A DNA stretch of 10,303 nt from Candidatus Micrarchaeota archaeon (lineage in GTDB: Archaea; Micrarchaeota; Micrarchaeia; Anstonellales; Anstonellaceae), in NCBI GenBank assembly GCA_013331805.1, contig DUFS01000077.1, positions 716 to 11,018 of the forward strand, read 5' to 3'. Both the position numbers and the translations under genes were made by a program. Within the stretch, counting starts at the first letter, position 1, and every line of letters begins with the position of its first letter. The notes under the pieces were generated by a model, which was not told the DNA's origin, made no database searches, and saw nothing but the letters and a program-made list of their open reading frames with translations. Below, in pieces: positions 6,518 through 10,303 of this stretch.

Positions 6518-7087
6518 TCACCTGTCAATTGGGCTTTTTCCGAAGCTGTGCGGCAGCCTGCCTATGTCATGCCTGATGTGCACAGCCTGCGGCACCTCAA
6601 GGCGCATCAGCCTGAAGCAAAGCTCGGCAAGCACGCAGGCGAAAAAGGCAAGCGAAAGACCGGCTGCCACTTCCGTAATGGTATGGACTCCGAGATAGAC
6701 GCGGGAAAACGCGATGAAAAGTGCGTAAATGAGGTAAATTGGAAAGGAGCGGTTCCCGATTGCGATAATGCAAAGGGTGAATGCCCCCAGAGCATGCATG
6801 GAGGGAAGGGAAAAGTCAGTTGGGCAGTCAATCTTCGAGGGCGCATTTGCGCAAGGCCGCTCCTCCTGCAGGAAGGACTTGAAGCCGATTCCAAGAAGAA
6901 GCGCAATCAAGACAGCGCCTGCAAGGAAGGGGAGCTTCCTCTGCTCCTGGAAAAGGATTGAAGTGGCAATCACCAGGCAAAAGCTGAACAGGACCACAAA
7001 AAAAGGGTCATTGAACAGGATGGAGGATTCCCGGACCAAGGGGCGCACCAGCCCGAAAATCGAAAGGAAAACCTCTTCCAATGGCAT
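6518..7087 (-). CDS. PAP2 family membrane phosphatase
   Basis: C1 KSFLQEERP (K-x6-RP), C2 PSMH (PSGH variant), C3 SRVYLGVHTITEV, plus transmembrane segments. Confidence 0.88.
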   Translation of the reverse strand: MPLEEVFLSIFGLVRPLVRESSILFNDPFFVVLFSFCLVIATSILFQEQRKLPFLAGAVLIALLLGIGFKSFLQEERPCANAPSKIDCPTDFSLPSMHALGAFTLCIIAIGNRSFPIYLIYALFIAFSRVYLGVHTITEVAAGLSLAFFACVLAELCFRLMRLEVPQAVHIRHDIGRLPHSFGKSPIDR

Positions 7088-7144
7088 GCTAAGGTTCCCG
7101 ACTTACCTATTTTATTCTTTGCCCTCGAAACTTGGAAAGATTGA

Positions 7145-8296
7145 ATGGTTCCTGAAAAGAAGCAAAAAAGCCGCCAGGCAAGCCTCACTGAGCCGGCTGA
7201 GGACAAGCCGGACAGCATAGACAGGACGGTTGCCCAGGCATTTGACTCTGACCCGAAAGTCAGGCTCAAGGTGGCAGAGGAGCTTGGGAAGATCGACGAC
7301 CCCAGGGCGATATTCGCGCTAATCGAGCTTTCCTCGGACAAGGATGAACCGGTAAAGAGCACAGCCCTGCGCTCGCTTGGCAAGTTCAAGGAAGAAGAGC
7401 AGGAGGCGATTGGTTCATTGGAGAAGCTTTTTGCCGAAAGGAAGGAAATGAAAAAGCCAGAGGAGCTCCCGCAGGTTTCCCAGAGAATGATGCCTTCCAT
7501 TGAGAAGCTTTTTTCCCATTACGACCCCAAGAAGCGCGAATCTGCCAGGAGAAAGCTGATGCCCTCGCTTGAGAAGCTTTTTGGCATACGGAGTGCGCCT
7601 GCCCAGGACCCGCTCCACGGAGTGGAGAAGATTTCCTCCGCACCCCATCAGCCTTCAGCACTGCCTGACTCGCCAAGGCAGGTTGAGCAGGAGGAAATAC
7701 CCAGGCAGAACGCAACGAACTTCCCATTTGGCCAAAAAAAGGAACCTGCCCTTCCCCAGAAATCCGACTACATTGCAATCGAGGAGGACGACCGGGAATT
7801 CGCCTCAGAGGAGGAGGAGCGGGAAATCGGCGAGGAAGAGCTGCAGGTGCAAAACAAGTACTACGACCTTGCCTACCGGATTGCCACCACGCCCGGCATG
7901 GGCAAGGGCGAGCTCAAGCGCGAGCAGAACCGGCTGGTCTCCAACTTCAAAAAAGAGGTGGGCATGGCATTCAAGATGGCTGAGGAGAGGGCAAAAGAGG
8001 AAGGTTTCGTGTCCTTTTCCAACCTCAAGCCAGGGATGAAGAACCTATCCTTTTCCGAAATGCAGATAACCGGAATGTCCGACATTGGCTTTGGGGCGAG
8101 GAAAAAGCCCTTTGCAAAGATCAGGCTGACAGACGGGAAAAGGGAAATCTCGGTGCTCATCCCATCCGAGCGCGCCTCAGGGATAACGATGAACGACCGG
8201 CTTTCGCTCAAGGGAGTGTCTGCAGACTTCCTGGTGGAGTCAAGCGAGGTAGTGCTGGTCGTGAAGAACAAAAGCAAGATCATCGTGGTGAAGTAG
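7145..8296 (+). CDS. HEAT-repeat protein with low-complexity linker and probable C-terminal OB-fold
   Basis: Two PBS-lyase-like HEAT units: DSDPKVRLKVAEELGKIDDPRAIFALIELSSDKDEPVKSTALRSLGKF. The middle is Pro/Glu-rich. The C-terminus FSNLKPGMKNL...KIRLTDGKREISVLI...ITMNDRLSLKG resembles an RPA/SSB OB-fold. Confidence 0.7.
   Translation: MVPEKKQKSRQASLTEPAEDKPDSIDRTVAQAFDSDPKVRLKVAEELGKIDDPRAIFALIELSSDKDEPVKSTALRSLGKFKEEEQEAIGSLEKLFAERKEMKKPEELPQVSQRMMPSIEKLFSHYDPKKRESARRKLMPSLEKLFGIRSAPAQDPLHGVEKISSAPHQPSALPDSPRQVEQEEIPRQNATNFPFGQKKEPALPQKSDYIAIEEDDREFASEEEEREIGEEELQVQNKYYDLAYRIATTPGMGKGELKREQNRLVSNFKKEVGMAFKMAEERAKEEGFVSFSNLKPGMKNLSFSEMQITGMSDIGFGARKKPFAKIRLTDGKREISVLIPSERASGITMNDRLSLKGVSADFLVESSEVVLVVKNKSKIIVVK
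7415..7582 (+). repeat. Three intragenic copies of S[LI]EKLF (DNA core gagaagcttttt)
   Basis: Copies at 7415-7432 (SLEKLF), 7496-7513 (MP-SIEKLF) and 7565-7582 (MP-SLEKLF). Confidence 0.8.
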
Positions 8297-8298
8297 GC

Positions 8299-8793
8299 TC
8301 ATCTTTTTTTGCTGATTTCAAGCTTCAGGTAAGGCTTTATCCAGTCGTAGAAGTCCTCCGAGATTATCGCGAGCTTGCCCCTTTCCTTTTTCACGCGGAA
8401 TCCTAAGCGGAGGAGGACAATCTCGTCCGTTTTGTCGCCGATAAGGTAGGGTATGTCCATGCCTGAAACCGAGCCTGCAAAGCCGCCCCTGGCATCGAAA
8501 ACGCCTGCAAAGTAGCTTGCTGCAAACTCGTTCTTGTGCTTCAGCCTTTCCTCCCGCTTAACAAATTCTGAATCCAGCCAGGATCGCACCGAGGAGTTGT
8601 AGAAATAGCACTTGAAAATCGGGCCTTCAATGTATTTCACCTTGTCCGGCAGGCAGAGCTTTTCATCCAGGCAAAGCTTCAGGAATGCCTCGCAAAGCTC
8701 GCGGTGCCCCTCCACGCCAACTCCTTCCTTGGTCCTGCGCGACTTCCAAAGCCCGAGAAGGTATGCCCTGGCAGGCGACATCGTGTATTTCAT
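8299..8793 (-). CDS. Compact degenerate double-LAGLIDADG-like protein, probably nuclease-dead
   Basis: MSPARAYLLGLWKSRR resembles the S.ELAY.LG entry into motif 1, and SYFAGVFDARGG resembles motif 2. The C-terminal FYDWIKPYLK resembles the F...I.PY ending of these domains. The start could be 8793 or 8781. Confidence 0.6.
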   Translation of the reverse strand: MKYTMSPARAYLLGLWKSRRTKEGVGVEGHRELCEAFLKLCLDEKLCLPDKVKYIEGPIFKCYFYNSSVRSWLDSEFVKREERLKHKNEFAASYFAGVFDARGGFAGSVSGMDIPYLIGDKTDEIVLLRLGFRVKKERGKLAIISEDFYDWIKPYLKLEISKKR

Positions 8794-8829
8794 GGTGCAA
8801 ATTCCGCACAGCAGCTTAATTTAGGTTCC

Positions 8830-9720
8830 TTAAGTGCCGAATCTCGGGCCTGCCATGAAGCGCGCTGTGGCAGGCTCTGCGTGAACCAGCACCTCCTTCA
8901 CTTCAGGGAATTGTTTGAAAATGGCCTGTTTTACCATTTCTGTTATTGCATGGGAACGAAAGAGCGGCATCTGGGGGTCAAGGTGTATGTGCACGTCCAG
9001 GCGCACCTCGCCCGAAGCCATCCTGGCGCGCATCTTGTGGAAGGACTTCACGCCCTTCACTGACAGGATCTCCGCCCCGTATTCCTCGAGCTTTTCCTGA
9101 GAAGGGCTTTCATCGGTAAGCTCGCCGAATGCGCCCCTGCCCACCCCGAACACCACCCGCATCATGAGCACCGAGACCACCAATGCCGCAATGGGGTCAG
9201 CTGCTGCGAAGCCGACCATTGCGGAAAAAAGCCCCACAAGCACGAGCGAATTCTGCATTATGTCCGATGTGTAGTTCCCTATGCTTGCCTTTATCGCAAG
9301 GCTGTCCTGGTCCGCGTTCTTCTTCAGGTAGGCAACTATCCCCACATCGACCAGGACCGTGAACGACATTATTGCCAGATCCGCAAGCGTTATATTCAGC
9401 GCAATCGGGCTTGCAAGCCTGCGAAGCGCCTCGCCAATAATTAGTATTGCGGCCGCAGCGATGAGCGCGACCTGCGCAATCGAAGAGACGCTTTCATACT
9501 TCCGATGCCCGTACAGGTGGTTGGAGTCAGGGGGCTCTGATCCTTTCTTCACCCCCGCATATGCGATGAGCGAGCCCACCAGGTCAAAAAGCGAGTCAAC
9601 CAGCACTGCCAAAACCGCAATGCTCCCGGTGAGGACGACTACAATGAGCTTGGCGGCAATGAGAAGAAGGTTGGCCGTGACGACCAGCTTTGTCGCGCGG
9701 ATGCTGCCCCCCTGTTCCAT
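8830..9720 (-). CDS. Cation diffusion facilitator (FieF/YiiP-like) metal transporter
   Basis: TGSIAVLA..VDSLFD, PPDSNHLYGHRKYE, ADPIAALVVS, FHKMRAR, DVHIHLDP, SHAI and EVLVHAEP. About six hydrophobic helices plus a cytoplasmic dimerisation domain. Confidence 0.93.
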   Translation of the reverse strand: MEQGGSIRATKLVVTANLLLIAAKLIVVVLTGSIAVLAVLVDSLFDLVGSLIAYAGVKKGSEPPDSNHLYGHRKYESVSSIAQVALIAAAAILIIGEALRRLASPIALNITLADLAIMSFTVLVDVGIVAYLKKNADQDSLAIKASIGNYTSDIMQNSLVLVGLFSAMVGFAAADPIAALVVSVLMMRVVFGVGRGAFGELTDESPSQEKLEEYGAEILSVKGVKSFHKMRARMASGEVRLDVHIHLDPQMPLFRSHAITEMVKQAIFKQFPEVKEVLVHAEPATARFMAGPRFGT

Positions 9721-9741
9721 GGGATTAAATCGCCTTGAGCA

Positions 9742-9750
9742 CTTTAAATA
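9742..9750 (-). promoter_or_regulatory. Putative TATA box of the CDF gene (leaderless)
   Basis: TATTTAAAG on the minus strand, 22-30 nt upstream of ATG 9720. Confidence 0.55.
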
Positions 9751-9760
9751 TCATTCTTTA

Positions 9761-10243
9761 TCAGACCGTGAGCTTCTTTCCGCCCTTGATTGCAAGGACT
9801 ATTCCGCCGTCTGCCACGTGCGAGATTGAGATTTTCCCGGACTCCTTCGCCTTTTCGTGCGACTTGTCCCTGTAGACCTCGGAAATTCCTTCCTTGCTCA
9901 CCTTGTACGCAGTCCAGCGAGCGTGCCTGCCTTTGTCAAGCGTGTAGTCGGTGTGCTCCTCAAGCACGAACACCCCGTACTTGGAGTCCGCGCTCATTGC
10001 CATGTGCGTGATGCAGAAATTGTAATTCGAGGAAAGCCCCTCGATCATCTGCATCGCCTTCTGGTTTGCCAGGGCGCCCTTTTTCTTTTCCTCGAGGTAC
10101 TTGTCCGCAAGGAAGGCAAGGCTTTTTTCCGAGCCCAGCGTCTCATCCACGCCCAATGCCTCGAGCGCGCCGTAAAGAAGGTCGGTCTCTTTCTCGTTCA
10201 GGTCGCCGATTTTCAGCTGCCTCAGGTTGTCAGGAAATGCCAT
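9761..10243 (-). CDS. Hypothetical protein (160 aa)
   Basis: Non-overlapping ORF with host-like codon usage. SD-like GGTGGT precedes the ATG, and TATATATA lies at 10278-10285. No family recognised. Confidence 0.7.
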   Translation of the reverse strand: MAFPDNLRQLKIGDLNEKETDLLYGALEALGVDETLGSEKSLAFLADKYLEEKKKGALANQKAMQMIEGLSSNYNFCITHMAMSADSKYGVFVLEEHTDYTLDKGRHARWTAYKVSKEGISEVYRDKSHEKAKESGKISISHVADGGIVLAIKGGKKLTV

Positions 10244-10303
10244 CAGACCACCAGTGGGGAGGTATACTCGTTTTCAGTATATATAGATTTCGGCAGGGGA
10301 AGG

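Noticed and set aside
5504..7220. Plus-strand ORFs 5514-6398, 6416-6961 and 6768-7220, and minus ORF 6016-6528
   Set aside because: Shadows of dut, the kinase and PAP2, which carry the family motifs and SD sites.
7415..7582. CRISPR-like repeat-spacer pattern
   Set aside because: The repeat core is only ~12 nt with uneven spacing, is in frame within a CDS, and no cas genes are present.

Overview
Archaeal chromosomal window, probably DPANN such as Micrarchaeota. This is inferred from the aIF5B/IF-2, archaeal HMG-CoA synthase, archaeal-type dUTPase, TATA boxes 20-30 nt before start codons and GC-rich codon usage. Housekeeping genes: 5' end of HMG-CoA synthase, an XRE-HTH/DRTGG-like regulator, a dCTP deaminase homologue with an atypical sugar pocket, infB, dUTPase, a dolichol/phytol kinase, a PAP2 phosphatase and a CDF metal transporter. 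Two lower-GC accessory pieces flank infB. One is a MazF/PemK toxin-antitoxin pair with a 10-bp-phased operator. The other is a free-standing ~36% GC gene for an AbrB-like + double-LAGLIDADG + winged-HTH protein. It has its own promoter, its stop abuts the infB start, and it lies 60 nt from the IF-2 P-loop site known to host inteins in other archaea, making it a candidate intronless-homing element. Also present: a catalytically dead double-LAGLIDADG protein with host-like composition, a HEAT-repeat + OB-fold protein with three S[LI]EKLF motifs, and a duplicated gene start forming an in-frame mini-ORF before HMG-CoA synthase. No rRNA, tRNA or CRISPR array was seen. All family calls are by motif recognition, not database search.
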